UHGV virus genome: UHGV-0343432
Reading direction: 5' to 3' (one strand)
Length of the DNA: 64,000 bases
Source: a virus
The notes below the pieces were generated by a model. That model made no database searches, was not told the origin of the DNA, and saw only the letters and a list, made by a program, of their open reading frames with translations. How positions within the stretch are numbered: position 1 is the first letter of the stretch; each line of letters opens with the position of its first letter. This document shows, one piece after another, positions 47,146-57,191 of the stretch. The position numbers and the translations under genes were made by a program.

Positions 47146-47902
47146 TTATCTTGTTCTTCTTATAGTAGATATGGTAAATGCTTCTTGCTGTCATACCCAC
47201 GAATGCAAAGAACCCAAACATGAACAAGGTACCCTCCATAAGTTTTACCCTGTAAGTTACCTCGTCTGTCATCATCTGAGTTTGTTTCCAGGGTTTATTC
47301 TTCAAGCAATTCCTTGCTATCTGGAATTTGTAGGTTGATCTCCACAATAGTTGGCACATCTTTTGGTCTCTCTCGATACCCAGTTGATTACCACCTCTCA
47401 TGAACTCATCAGTGATTGGTCCATTAATTACCTTGTACCCAGGACAATATACCTTTCCTAGTACTGCCTTCGCCATCTGAGCACCCCTTCTCAATAACAG
47501 GTCAAGAGTATCATCTTCTGGTTCTGCCTCACAATATTTCCGGATATCTTCTTCCTCTATACCCGAGTAAATCAATAACTCAAGCCAGAAGTGAAGAGCA
47601 TCTGCACATTCTTCATTGAAGTTCTGAAGGAATGGCATCATGTTTGAACGGCTATCCCCTTTTGAGAACATCTCCATCAGCTCATCGTAGGACTCATACC
47701 CCTCTCCCAGTTCCTCAATCACTCTTCCCACAAAATCCTTGATTAGGGATTGAGATACTTTTAAATTCACATTTACCGGGTACTGTGGTAGACCCTCTAT
47801 CTTGATATAAGAATCAAGCAACACTTTCTGTAACCGATACATCTCAGTTAACCCTTTTCCCAGTGGGTAAACCACTTCTTCTTTTATGTCCCTTATGTCC
47901 AT
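47117..47902 (-). CDS. all-alpha NTP pyrophosphohydrolase (MazG/dimeric dUTPase-like; dCTPase candidate)
   Basis: EExxE-type motifs RVIEELGEGYESYDE and EECADALHFWLEL. Confidence 0.4.
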   Translation of the reverse strand: MDIRDIKEEVVYPLGKGLTEMYRLQKVLLDSYIKIEGLPQYPVNVNLKVSQSLIKDFVGRVIEELGEGYESYDELMEMFSKGDSRSNMMPFLQNFNEECADALHFWLELLIYSGIEEEDIRKYCEAEPEDDTLDLLLRRGAQMAKAVLGKVYCPGYKVINGPITDEFMRGGNQLGIERDQKMCQLLWRSTYKFQIARNCLKNKPWKQTQMMTDEVTYRVKLMEGTLFMFGFFAFVGMTARSIYHIYYKKNKINEFRIRSKY

Positions 47903-47905
47903 AAC

Positions 47906-48304
47906 CTATTTGTTAGATTTATAATACTTTTTAATTAACTCTTTTAACCTATCTGAATCCAGGTTTAAATCCTGTCTCAATTTAGCTTTAATCTTTAATT
48001 TCGAATAGCCCTTTGATTTGTACTTCTCAATCAACCTCTTTGCTTCCTTAGCATCTTTCTCATTTAAATACTTGGCTTCATCCAAATCTTTAAAATCTTT
48101 CTCCTTTGCTAAGAGCTCTCGTTGAATTTTGTTATTTTGCATCTGAGCTATGGCACATATTTCAATATCCCCACATATCTTACAATCCTTATCCCGTGGG
48201 TCATATTGTGTCCCGAAACATGGGTCATCTGGAGTACCTATCTTGCTCAAATCTATAGGTTTAGATAAATCAATGGTTTCCTCTGGTTTTTTCTTCTTTG
48301 CCAT
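47906..48304 (-). CDS. hypothetical Cys-cluster protein (possible Zn-binding)
   Basis: DPCFGTQYDPRDKDCKICGDIEICAIAQ. Confidence 0.3.
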   Translation of the reverse strand: MAKKKKPEETIDLSKPIDLSKIGTPDDPCFGTQYDPRDKDCKICGDIEICAIAQMQNNKIQRELLAKEKDFKDLDEAKYLNEKDAKEAKRLIEKYKSKGYSKLKIKAKLRQDLNLDSDRLKELIKKYYKSNK

Positions 48305-48320
48305 GTCTTGTTAATTTTTA

Positions 48321-49739
48321 CTATAATAGTTTTCCCTTGTAATCTTCAATTACATTGAGCCCCTCATCCTTGTAATATTTAAGCCTGTGTTTTGAATGTC
48401 TTTTCAGGTAAGTTCCTTCATCAAAGAAGTCATCAAAGTAGGTTACTTTCTTAGATTCATGAGAACGAAGAGCCCTACCCAGTAACTGGAGTGCCTGTAT
48501 AGCTGAGTCTCCAGATGCTAGGTTTTGCATATATTGGATTAAGGGCATATTCTGGCCAACCTTAATGATGAGTGACGCTATGAGAATATTGGTCTCACCT
48601 CTCTTGAACCTATCAAGCTTCTCTTTCCTGTCAGATACGTTGTGATGTATATACTCTATCTTTAGATAAGGGAATTCTTTCTTATACCTTTCGTATGTTT
48701 CCTCTACCTGAGCTATATACTTACATACTACCAAGATAGGTATATGTCCTTCTCTCACGTGATATTTAGCAGCATCTATAGCCCTGTCTAACCTTTCCAC
48801 TCCATAGGTGATAGCAGCATCAAATTCTGATTTATAGTCAGAAGCTCCAACTGGTTTGGTATTCCCCTTTCTCATCGTAATAATGATGTTAGAAGATACT
48901 CCCATCTCCACTAATTCCTTGTTCTTTATCACGAACGTTTCCTGCCCAAAGAAAGATTCGACAGTGATGTTCTTTACCTTATCCTTGTGTCTTAATGCAG
49001 TACCACTCAAACCAACTCTAATGGGGATTAGGTATAGCTTATTTAATACCTTTCTAGCGGTTTTACTCGTAGCAAGATGACATTCATCATATATGAGTAC
49101 ATTGTATTGACTTAGATACTTCCAATAATTCTCTATATTTCTCACCAGAGTGGGCAACATACATACCATGATGTCACCCCATTGAACTTCTTTCCCCTGC
49201 ATATAACCCCAACTATCAAACATATCTGGTAAGTCATCCTTGAATTGGTTATATAGCTCGGTACCATTCACGATAACTAAGGATTTAGCCTTATACACTG
49301 AAGCATGGATTAGCCCAGCTATTAAAGTTTTCCCAGCATTCGTTGCTGCTCCCACTATACCTCTCGGGAATGGTACTCCCCCACATGAGTTTTTAAGTAT
49401 ACTCCATGCTGCCTTTCTCTGGTAAGGTCTTCTCTTCAAATCTCCAATATGAACTGGCATAGCTTGGATTTGTGGTAGATTCCTGTTATCCTCTATATCA
49501 TAGGGTACTCCATGATTCTCAATCCACTCTATCACTCTGGGTAATAGGCCAGTCTCACAATAACCCCTATCACTTACCATGTGTACTAAACCATCCCAAC
49601 CATGTGGCATACTCGCTCTCATGTAAAAAGCTTGTGGGTGCCGGAAGGATAACTCCTTATAAAGTTTTTGGAGGACTTTTATATCCCCCTCCACTTTAAA
49701 CTTATTGTTATTCAGTTTGATTGTTACCATTTGTCCCAC
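48321..49739 (-). CDS. SF2 DNA helicase (UvsW/DEAH-like)
   Basis: Walker A GAATNAGKT, DEAH box IYDECH, helicase C-terminal domain. Confidence 0.65.
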   Translation of the reverse strand: MGQMVTIKLNNNKFKVEGDIKVLQKLYKELSFRHPQAFYMRASMPHGWDGLVHMVSDRGYCETGLLPRVIEWIENHGVPYDIEDNRNLPQIQAMPVHIGDLKRRPYQRKAAWSILKNSCGGVPFPRGIVGAATNAGKTLIAGLIHASVYKAKSLVIVNGTELYNQFKDDLPDMFDSWGYMQGKEVQWGDIMVCMLPTLVRNIENYWKYLSQYNVLIYDECHLATSKTARKVLNKLYLIPIRVGLSGTALRHKDKVKNITVESFFGQETFVIKNKELVEMGVSSNIIITMRKGNTKPVGASDYKSEFDAAITYGVERLDRAIDAAKYHVREGHIPILVVCKYIAQVEETYERYKKEFPYLKIEYIHHNVSDRKEKLDRFKRGETNILIASLIIKVGQNMPLIQYMQNLASGDSAIQALQLLGRALRSHESKKVTYFDDFFDEGTYLKRHSKHRLKYYKDEGLNVIEDYKGKLL

Positions 49740-49963
49740 TCTTTAATAGCAATGATTACCAAGAAAAAACCAATACAGGTTATGGTCAAGGCAGGTGGTA
49801 CCCATATAGGTGATAAACAGGTACCATAAGAAATGTCTTCATAACCTAACCCGAAATACTTTACCAAGGTTAAAAATAACCCCATTACTATACAGGTAGA
49901 ATACGTTACTACCATAAATTTTAGGAACCAGTTCCTACTCTTTCTGTCTTCATTCTTCTCCAT
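49724..49963 (-). CDS. small membrane protein
   Basis: two TM helices. Confidence 0.3.
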   Translation of the reverse strand: MEKNEDRKSRNWFLKFMVVTYSTCIVMGLFLTLVKYFGLGYEDISYGTCLSPIWVPPALTITCIGFFLVIIAIKEWDKW

Positions 49964-50828
49964 TATCTAGTGATTTTAATCTATCCAAGTTTAACCATGA
50001 CATTGATTTAGGTTTCTTAGCACTCACCCCATTCTTCTTCATATACCTGTATAACCTTTCCACTGCCTTATCTCCAACAAACTGGGATGGAAAAGGTATA
50101 CCTCCTGTAAACGCTAACCCATCAAACTGAGCGTTCATATATAGCTCTGGTTTTACTTTCACCTCTGCAATATATTCAGCTGCTTTCACGAACCATATCT
50201 TTGATTCTGGTTTCTTTGAGACATCATCCACAATCCCTGTACTATCTAATACAGCCTTGTTATATATCTTGCAAAGAGTGTCAGTTATATCTTTATTCTT
50301 ATCTTGTTTCTCAGCCTGTAAAGCTTCATACTCAGTACATATCCTGGAATGTAATGGTAAGAATTTATTTAACCCGTACACTCTCATCATCTTCAATCCC
50401 AGTGTACAGTACTGTATAAATGCTTCTCTGTTATCTAATTCAAAATCCTCAGCGAAGTCAACCGCATTAGAGGCTACATCTTTTAGTGTTGCCCATTCCT
50501 TACTTGTAGAAGTAATCAGGTTTATACCTCTATGCTTCATCTGTTTCCTTACCTTAAAAAGTATGGATGCAAATAGAACTGCACTATCCTTGGATGTTAA
50601 GGTTACCTTCTCCACCTTCTCTTGTATCTTCTTATTGCTAACTACTACTGCTCTATTTGATATCGAGTAGGGGCTGGCAAATTTTAATAATTGGTCAACT
50701 AGATTTTCTTTATTTGTGTTAATTGTAATTACTCCTTGCTTTTGTAATTTTTCTACTACTAAGAGCAAATTACTCTTCCTAATGTGGATGCTCGGTTCAT
50801 TTCTTGAGGATACTGTATTTTCTTCCAT
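49950..50828 (-). CDS. hypothetical protein (replication-module accessory?)
   Basis: ORF track; position between helicase and primase. Confidence 0.3.
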   Translation of the reverse strand: MEENTVSSRNEPSIHIRKSNLLLVVEKLQKQGVITINTNKENLVDQLLKFASPYSISNRAVVVSNKKIQEKVEKVTLTSKDSAVLFASILFKVRKQMKHRGINLITSTSKEWATLKDVASNAVDFAEDFELDNREAFIQYCTLGLKMMRVYGLNKFLPLHSRICTEYEALQAEKQDKNKDITDTLCKIYNKAVLDSTGIVDDVSKKPESKIWFVKAAEYIAEVKVKPELYMNAQFDGLAFTGGIPFPSQFVGDKAVERLYRYMKKNGVSAKKPKSMSWLNLDRLKSLDNGEE

Positions 50829-51810
50829 GATTAATTGCCATTTTATAATTAATGAGTTCTCCGTAAGTTAAGAATTTATGCTTCCTTATCCTCCGTATGG
50901 TTTCTTTTTTACCAAGGTCATTTACATCTAAATAAGTCCCATTCGATTTCTTATCTTCCCAATACACTACCCTCACTTTCTTAAAGTTCACCAACTTTAA
51001 TGCAAGGTTAACACTCTCCACTAAAGCATCTGGGTCAAGTAGTAAATCTATAGCCTCGACTGGAGAAGAAAGTATAGTGTTAATCTGCCACTCAGTTAGT
51101 AATTTCCCAGCTGTAGCTATGGCAGAATCTCCTATTGTCTCAGCGTTGAAAGCCCCCTCACATAATTGAACCCTCTTATATAGGTATAGAGCTTCCATAT
51201 TATATATCACGTATGCTTTCCCTAACCCTGTCTCATTCGCTACTGGGTTTTTGTATTTGGTTGTTCCAGCTCCCATCACTTTCCTAGCATTAAAATATAC
51301 CAACTGGTCATGCATGATATAGGGGATTATTACATAGCCCTTGTATGGTCCTGTATCACAATAACCAAATCCCTTTTGAGATAGAGCTGCAATGGAGAAT
51401 CCCCTATTCTTAAGGTATTGTCTACATACCTTGGCTATATGATTGGTACCGAATATAATGTTATGGTACCCCTCTGGGAGTTCTAAGCCCTTTACTTTAT
51501 TATTTATCTTTAGCTCTGACTCTGGTACCTTAACATCAAGGAAGTCCCAATCACCAGAAAAAACCTGTTCCCAGGCTTTTTTCTCAGTTTCAGAATTGGT
51601 TAACTCCATGATGGCTTGTATTGGTGGTTTATCATACCCACACCTAAAGCAATGTGTGTTGCCTGTTAAGGGTTTTACTCCAAACTTCCCCACTGCTCCA
51701 CAAAATGGACAGTTACAATTTATCCAACCCCTAGACTTAGGTACTGCATGAAGGTTATGTATAAACCACCCATATAAATATTTTACTGTTCTCTTACTAT
51801 ACCTCGCCAT
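50797..51810 (-). CDS. DNA primase (zinc-binding domain + TOPRIM)
   Basis: CNCPFCG...HCFRCGY zinc ribbon; TOPRIM Glu in LCEGAFNAETIGD and LLLDPDAL DxD. Confidence 0.65.
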   Translation of the reverse strand: MARYSKRTVKYLYGWFIHNLHAVPKSRGWINCNCPFCGAVGKFGVKPLTGNTHCFRCGYDKPPIQAIMELTNSETEKKAWEQVFSGDWDFLDVKVPESELKINNKVKGLELPEGYHNIIFGTNHIAKVCRQYLKNRGFSIAALSQKGFGYCDTGPYKGYVIIPYIMHDQLVYFNARKVMGAGTTKYKNPVANETGLGKAYVIYNMEALYLYKRVQLCEGAFNAETIGDSAIATAGKLLTEWQINTILSSPVEAIDLLLDPDALVESVNLALKLVNFKKVRVVYWEDKKSNGTYLDVNDLGKKETIRRIRKHKFLTYGELINYKMAINHGRKYSILKK

Positions 51811-52345
51811 AATGTGTATAACTTAATACTCGATATATAGTTCTTTTAGACACCCCGAATCTTTTGGCTAACTCTTTTCTTTGTAACCCAGATTCCCTTA
51901 TGAACTTTACTTCTTCTCTTGTCAATTTACTATTAGGATGTTTTACTCCCTTCTTTGGGAATATACCATCTTCTATAGCCTGGTGTATGTTCTCTTTTTG
52001 AGTTCCCCAGTATAAGTTATCTAAGCTTAAATTCATGGGGTTATTATCTCTGTGACAAACATACTCTTTCCCATCTGGGTTAGGTATATATGTTATGGCT
52101 AATAACCTATAAAGAGATTTTAACCTGTTATATACATTTACATAAGGCCTATAAATTTTTACACCGGCTGAAGTCACATTACTCAACTTCTTTACCAATG
52201 CTACTCTAACCCAATTACCCGATCTGTTAGAATATACTTTAGCATCCCTAGTTATCCTGTAATTAGGATAACCTGGAATAACCTCACCATATTTCTTACA
52301 AATCTCCTGCATTATTTTTTCCTTCTGATTCTCCAGTTTCTTCAT
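51797..52345 (-). CDS. HNH homing endonuclease (HNH_3 + HTH)
   Basis: YRLLAITYIPNPDGKEYVCHRDNNPMNLSLDNLYWGTQKEN; C-terminal LQRKELAKRFGVSKRTIYRVL. Confidence 0.7.
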   Translation of the reverse strand: MKKLENQKEKIMQEICKKYGEVIPGYPNYRITRDAKVYSNRSGNWVRVALVKKLSNVTSAGVKIYRPYVNVYNRLKSLYRLLAITYIPNPDGKEYVCHRDNNPMNLSLDNLYWGTQKENIHQAIEDGIFPKKGVKHPNSKLTREEVKFIRESGLQRKELAKRFGVSKRTIYRVLSYTHYGEV

Positions 52346-53696
52346 CCATCAAATAACTTTCGAATTGTTTATTAAATTCCATTGCCTGTTCTTTATTCAG
52401 TTCTCTAAACTTTTGCCTGTCCATATCCACATTAAATATAGCTCTCCCTCTAGGTACCCCATCACGATGTTCTATAATCTCTAGCCTTTGTAGCCCAGAT
52501 TCCTCCTCCTCTTGGGTACGATTTAAACCAAAAGCCGCGTTCACGTGTCTTATCACGTCGATTGCACCCGCTATATCTTCTCCAACATACCTTGACCTCT
52601 CATGTTTAGCTCCGGTACGAGTAACATGGTTAGCTGACCAGTGTATCTCTATATTATGTTTGAGCATAACATTAGATATGTCTGTGTATGCTTCTGATAT
52701 ACGTTCTGATAGAGCTTCTTTCCCAGTGTTAGAACCCATCTTACCCATGTAATCAGTGATTAATACATTGGGATAGAATCCAAAGTTCTCCTCAAGTTCA
52801 CAGATTAATTTATCTACAGAGTTACCATTTGTTATTAACGCGGGCATACGCCTAACAACAACCTCTCCACCTAACCTTTTATACTTTCTAAAGGTTTTCT
52901 TCACATCTCTATCGTAATCTCCAGAAAGGATTTCCATTTTGGTTTTGTTACTCATACACTGTTCCAGACGAGCCATGTATTCTTCTTCACCATTCTCAAG
53001 ATCAACCACCAAAACCTTCTTCCCCATTTTAAGATATCCCACTATCACGTTAACAAGGAAAGCCGTTTTCTTTTTCTTTGGCCTATCCACTATTACTATG
53101 GTGGCTCCCTTTGGATACCCACCTGCATTGGTTAACTTGTTAATTTGCCTGAATGGTGTTGGGAATATAGTTTGTACATCCCTTCTCATTAATTGTCTAT
53201 CAGACAAACCCCCAATAAGAAAGGACCTTGTTAGGTCCTCTACTATTACTCTTGGTGATATTGCTTTACTTACTTTCTCTGAGAAGTTATGGTATTTATT
53301 GAAATCAAGGATATCCATATTCTCAATGGTATCCTTCAAATCTAAATACTGGGCGAATTTCTCTGTTTGATTTACTATATACTCGGGATCTTTAATCGCT
53401 CCCTTGAATAAATCTCTGGCTAAATCCCTCACGTTATTTAACTCAGATTCCAATAAAGAAGAAGTTACAGATGTATCCTGTAAAGTCTTTCTCAACTCCT
53501 CCATGTAAACTGCTTTCCCGGGAACTTTCCTGAATGACTTGTAGTAATCTTTTATGACCTTTGCCAGGATAGCGTGCTCAATCAAAGTGAAATACTCCTC
53601 TGAGTACAAGTTAACTATCTTGTATCCCTCTGGATGCTGCAAAGTGTATTTTAATATCTCGAACTGAAAGTCTGTATCAAACTCAAACTTAGCCAT
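52296..53696 (-). CDS. DnaB-like replicative helicase
   Basis: DnaB-like N-terminal domain; RecA-fold ATIVIVDRPKKKKTAF (Walker A-like), VLITDYMGKM (DnaB-like Walker B). Confidence 0.6.
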   Translation of the reverse strand: MAKFEFDTDFQFEILKYTLQHPEGYKIVNLYSEEYFTLIEHAILAKVIKDYYKSFRKVPGKAVYMEELRKTLQDTSVTSSLLESELNNVRDLARDLFKGAIKDPEYIVNQTEKFAQYLDLKDTIENMDILDFNKYHNFSEKVSKAISPRVIVEDLTRSFLIGGLSDRQLMRRDVQTIFPTPFRQINKLTNAGGYPKGATIVIVDRPKKKKTAFLVNVIVGYLKMGKKVLVVDLENGEEEYMARLEQCMSNKTKMEILSGDYDRDVKKTFRKYKRLGGEVVVRRMPALITNGNSVDKLICELEENFGFYPNVLITDYMGKMGSNTGKEALSERISEAYTDISNVMLKHNIEIHWSANHVTRTGAKHERSRYVGEDIAGAIDVIRHVNAAFGLNRTQEEEESGLQRLEIIEHRDGVPRGRAIFNVDMDRQKFRELNKEQAMEFNKQFESYLMDEETGESEGKNNAGDL

Positions 53697-53793
53697 ACAT
53701 ATTTTATGTTTGTTATATTAACCATTAGTTCCCCTTGTTAATTAAGCACTTAGGGCATAATTTATAATCTAATAGCATATTTTGTGCCTTAGA

Positions 53794-53836
53794 TTGTCAA
53801 CTTATTAAATATTTATATTTATATTTGCACTACCAA
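53794..53836 (+). promoter_or_regulatory. plus-strand promoter with TATATTTGCA -7 element for gene 53859
   Basis: TATATTTGCA at 53820-53829 matches TAnnTTTG; leader AAAATCAGAGATATG. Confidence 0.4.
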
Positions 53837-53858
53837 ACTATATAATAAAATCAGAGAT

Positions 53859-54497
53859 ATGGAAATTCACAGGCTAAAGGAAATGCAAGATGACTACGAT
53901 GAAGAGTTATTCAACAAAATCTACAAGGATTGCAGTAAACTTATGGACAAACTCACTTTTGGTATTAACCCCCTCTACTATGGAGTTACAACAGATATTA
54001 TCCGGAGCTGGTTTGATGATAAGTTTATTTATGTTTATAATAAGTATTATGGTGAGATGTCGGATAAATCGCTCAAGTCACATATCATCAAGGCATTGCA
54101 ACAATTCAGATGCAGGATTCTCAGAGGAGCATACACCCAACATTCTGAAAAGAATATTGAGATGGTTCGGTTAGATGATGAAGAGTATCAGAGATATAAC
54201 ATGGATGTTATAGATGAGATAGAACCAGAAGTTGATGAAGAGCTCCTCTCTAAAATCAAGGACTTCATGAAACAAACATTAAGTGAGGATGCTTACTTCT
54301 TATTTAATTTACAACTCAACCCTCCCCCAATGGTTCTATCACATGACAAAGAATCCCAAGATGCTAAATGGGCAGCATTCTTAAATCTCCCACAAGAAGA
54401 ATCCACCTACATTTATTTTGATAAACTCCGAGAAGAGATACAAAGAGGGACCAAACGATGTAGGAACAAATTCAAGGACCAAGTAACTACAAAATAA
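53859..54497 (+). CDS. hypothetical protein (lone plus-strand gene between replication and tail modules)
   Basis: ORF track; own promoter. Confidence 0.35.
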   Translation: MEIHRLKEMQDDYDEELFNKIYKDCSKLMDKLTFGINPLYYGVTTDIIRSWFDDKFIYVYNKYYGEMSDKSLKSHIIKALQQFRCRILRGAYTQHSEKNIEMVRLDDEEYQRYNMDVIDEIEPEVDEELLSKIKDFMKQTLSEDAYFLFNLQLNPPPMVLSHDKESQDAKWAAFLNLPQEESTYIYFDKLREEIQRGTKRCRNKFKDQVTTK

Positions 54498-54565
54498 AAG
54501 GGAGAGGAATTAACCTCTCCCTTTCTTCTCACCATTAATTACCAAATATAATAAGAGAAAACACG

Positions 54566-57190
54566 TTAATAATTCTTTGGAGCATCTTGGTAAATTGTCC
54601 ATGAATAACACCCAGCTCCCATCATTAATGGCATAGTTCCTTCCCAATTAAATACCCCATTATCTATATCATTAATTATTACCTCATTCCTGTACCCATA
54701 CCTTGACTCATTAAATCTACCATGGATATACCATTGTAACCCAGAACCTCCTCTTGAATCACAGAATTGAAGGTATTTATCTCCTGCTACTGGAGGTATA
54801 CATGGGTTAAACCAGTAACTTCCTGATGATGATGGACCACCCCAACATTGTACTGATAGCTGCATGTGGAGAACATCATCTTTTACGAAGAGTCCCATAC
54901 CATTACCCCAGGCATTTTTGTAAGCGTTATATGTATTACCCACTATATATTGTAACCTACCAACAGTTCCTCCAGATTGTGGTGTTAGGATATTATAAGT
55001 ATCTAGGCCAAACCCACCTTTACCAGTATTCATACCCAACGAGCTAAAAAGTAATTGGATTGGGCTTGCAAAACCATTATCTACTAATACCCATTTCATA
55101 GACCCATTCCAATTCATAGCTTTAACTCTAACCCAGTCACCCACATATTTTAGGTATGGCCTATGTGGACCATTATTAGCGCTACTCAAATCAAATGATG
55201 GGTCAACTATGGAATTAGGTAAAGCTATATGAAATAATAACCTTGTCCAGCCTTCTAGATATTGTTCTCTCGCCCATAATGAGTTTGATATATTACCTAT
55301 CAACTTGATTACCTTCTCATACCCCTCCATCTCTTCTGTAGGAGGGTCAAGCAACAAACAACTCCTATGGTTACCATACCTTTGATTACCATTAGTTATA
55401 TTACCTGACCACCCAAAATTATTTCTTGCTGCATCATATAACGGTTGGTAATCCAAGTAACTTATACCCACTGTGTTGCTAATTCTAATCCATTGGGTGT
55501 TACTACTATAGTCATGGATATTATTACCGTTTATTATCTCAGTTCCAGCCATTAACCCAGGTGTAACGTTAGCAGCAGGTACAGAACCCTTATTCCATGA
55601 ATGTACTCTCCAGAACCCTTCTCCCTTTTGTTTAGAGGCTAGGATATACCCATTCACATATATGGGAAGTGATACTGTCTGGTCACCAGAACGTAATGCA
55701 CCCACTCTAATATTTCTCCCATCCACTTTAGCTCCACCCTCTGTAGCCCCAAACGTGATAATGATAACCTGGTTGTGGTCATTCCGAGTATCTGTGGGTA
55801 ATGTGACATTCCCTGATTTGGCAGTAGTGGCTCCAGAAGACCAAACCATGTTACTCAAATCTACTACCATGGCTTTGTATATATCAGCTGCAGGTAAAGC
55901 TGCTGAACTGGGAGAAGCTGGTAGGTTCAGAGTGGGCATGTATACCTTGAAGTCATTACTCTGATTTAGGTCATCATACTTGGTTTGAAGTTCATTCTGA
56001 AGAGCTACAAGGTTTGTCCATATAGATTTCGTCTTTGCCACTGATGTCATGGCTGGCTCAGTTTGACTCCCGTTGAGTTTGTATCCCATTGTTGAGTAGA
56101 TAGTACTCAAATCTTGAGCAAGTGGCCCATCTATGTAGTCATGTATGCCCTTCAAATCAGCATCTGTTTGTACTTCATATCTCTTTAGCTCAGTGTCAAG
56201 GCTCAAGAGATTTTGCCAGATAGTTTTGGATATAGATATCCAGTTGATATTACTCGGGTTTTTGTCTGGGTAACCTATCCTATTCCAAATCTTAGTATCT
56301 CCATCGTTCAGGTACTTCTTCAAAGCTACGAAGTTCTCCCATACCGTTTTCAGGGTATTCAGAACTGTTTCCCCCTCAGGTTGTTTTTCCGGGAACCCAA
56401 GTTTATCCCACAACTTCTTTAACTGGTCATCAATGATGTACAGGTTATACCACATCGTGTACACTGCATTAATGAAGTTGTAGGTGTTTGGTAACTCACC
56501 TGGATTAGCTGGATCCTCTGCACCTGTGTAGTTAGGTATACCCAGCTTAGCCAGCATGTTAAGGTCTACTCTGTCTTTCTCTTTTAACCAGTTATCCAAG
56601 TATTTGAGGATACTACCAAGCTCAGCGAATTTACCAAGTCCCCCTCTTACTCCAGCTGACTCCACATCATCTAATGACAATTTATCTGATGACTTCATAT
56701 CTGCGGAACCAGGAACTGCCCCCATTTGGTAGGTTCTTGCAGCTCCTGTTCCAGAGATACGGATTGTCATTAGAGGTGTGTCGTATTGATTTAATCTAGA
56801 GAGGTCAGATGAACTCTCAGCTGCTCTCAACGTGTATGTTATCTCAAACCTTACTGGTAGTGTTGTTCCCACGTATGGTCTTTGATAGTAAGCTACCAAG
56901 ATATATAACCCCTCTTTAGTCTCACCTGGAACATTCACGTTAATGGGTTGTTCCTCATGTACCAAAGTACCATACTTGTTCATATACACTCCAGTGGGTG
57001 CTGATACTTCCCAGTTCTCTAGGGTTTTCAAAATCCCCGTTTTATCATGAGATACTGTAAACCCAGTTGAGGTTTTAGCCAATGTATCAAAACCACAATA
57101 GATGCCTGGGTTTATTATCCCAAGCATCGCTTCCCTTAATTCATAAGATAGAACTAGGGCCCTATGATCTGTAAATGTCTTTGCTGCCAT
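54566..57190 (-). CDS. tail fibre protein with internal helical repeats
   Basis: last gene of baseplate operon; repeats LNTLKTVWENFVALKKYL / WISISKTIWQNLLSLDTELKRY / KTKSIWTNLVALQNELQTKY. Confidence 0.45.
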   Translation of the reverse strand: MAAKTFTDHRALVLSYELREAMLGIINPGIYCGFDTLAKTSTGFTVSHDKTGILKTLENWEVSAPTGVYMNKYGTLVHEEQPINVNVPGETKEGLYILVAYYQRPYVGTTLPVRFEITYTLRAAESSSDLSRLNQYDTPLMTIRISGTGAARTYQMGAVPGSADMKSSDKLSLDDVESAGVRGGLGKFAELGSILKYLDNWLKEKDRVDLNMLAKLGIPNYTGAEDPANPGELPNTYNFINAVYTMWYNLYIIDDQLKKLWDKLGFPEKQPEGETVLNTLKTVWENFVALKKYLNDGDTKIWNRIGYPDKNPSNINWISISKTIWQNLLSLDTELKRYEVQTDADLKGIHDYIDGPLAQDLSTIYSTMGYKLNGSQTEPAMTSVAKTKSIWTNLVALQNELQTKYDDLNQSNDFKVYMPTLNLPASPSSAALPAADIYKAMVVDLSNMVWSSGATTAKSGNVTLPTDTRNDHNQVIIITFGATEGGAKVDGRNIRVGALRSGDQTVSLPIYVNGYILASKQKGEGFWRVHSWNKGSVPAANVTPGLMAGTEIINGNNIHDYSSNTQWIRISNTVGISYLDYQPLYDAARNNFGWSGNITNGNQRYGNHRSCLLLDPPTEEMEGYEKVIKLIGNISNSLWAREQYLEGWTRLLFHIALPNSIVDPSFDLSSANNGPHRPYLKYVGDWVRVKAMNWNGSMKWVLVDNGFASPIQLLFSSLGMNTGKGGFGLDTYNILTPQSGGTVGRLQYIVGNTYNAYKNAWGNGMGLFVKDDVLHMQLSVQCWGGPSSSGSYWFNPCIPPVAGDKYLQFCDSRGGSGLQWYIHGRFNESRYGYRNEVIINDIDNGVFNWEGTMPLMMGAGCYSWTIYQDAPKNY

Positions 57191-57191
57191 A

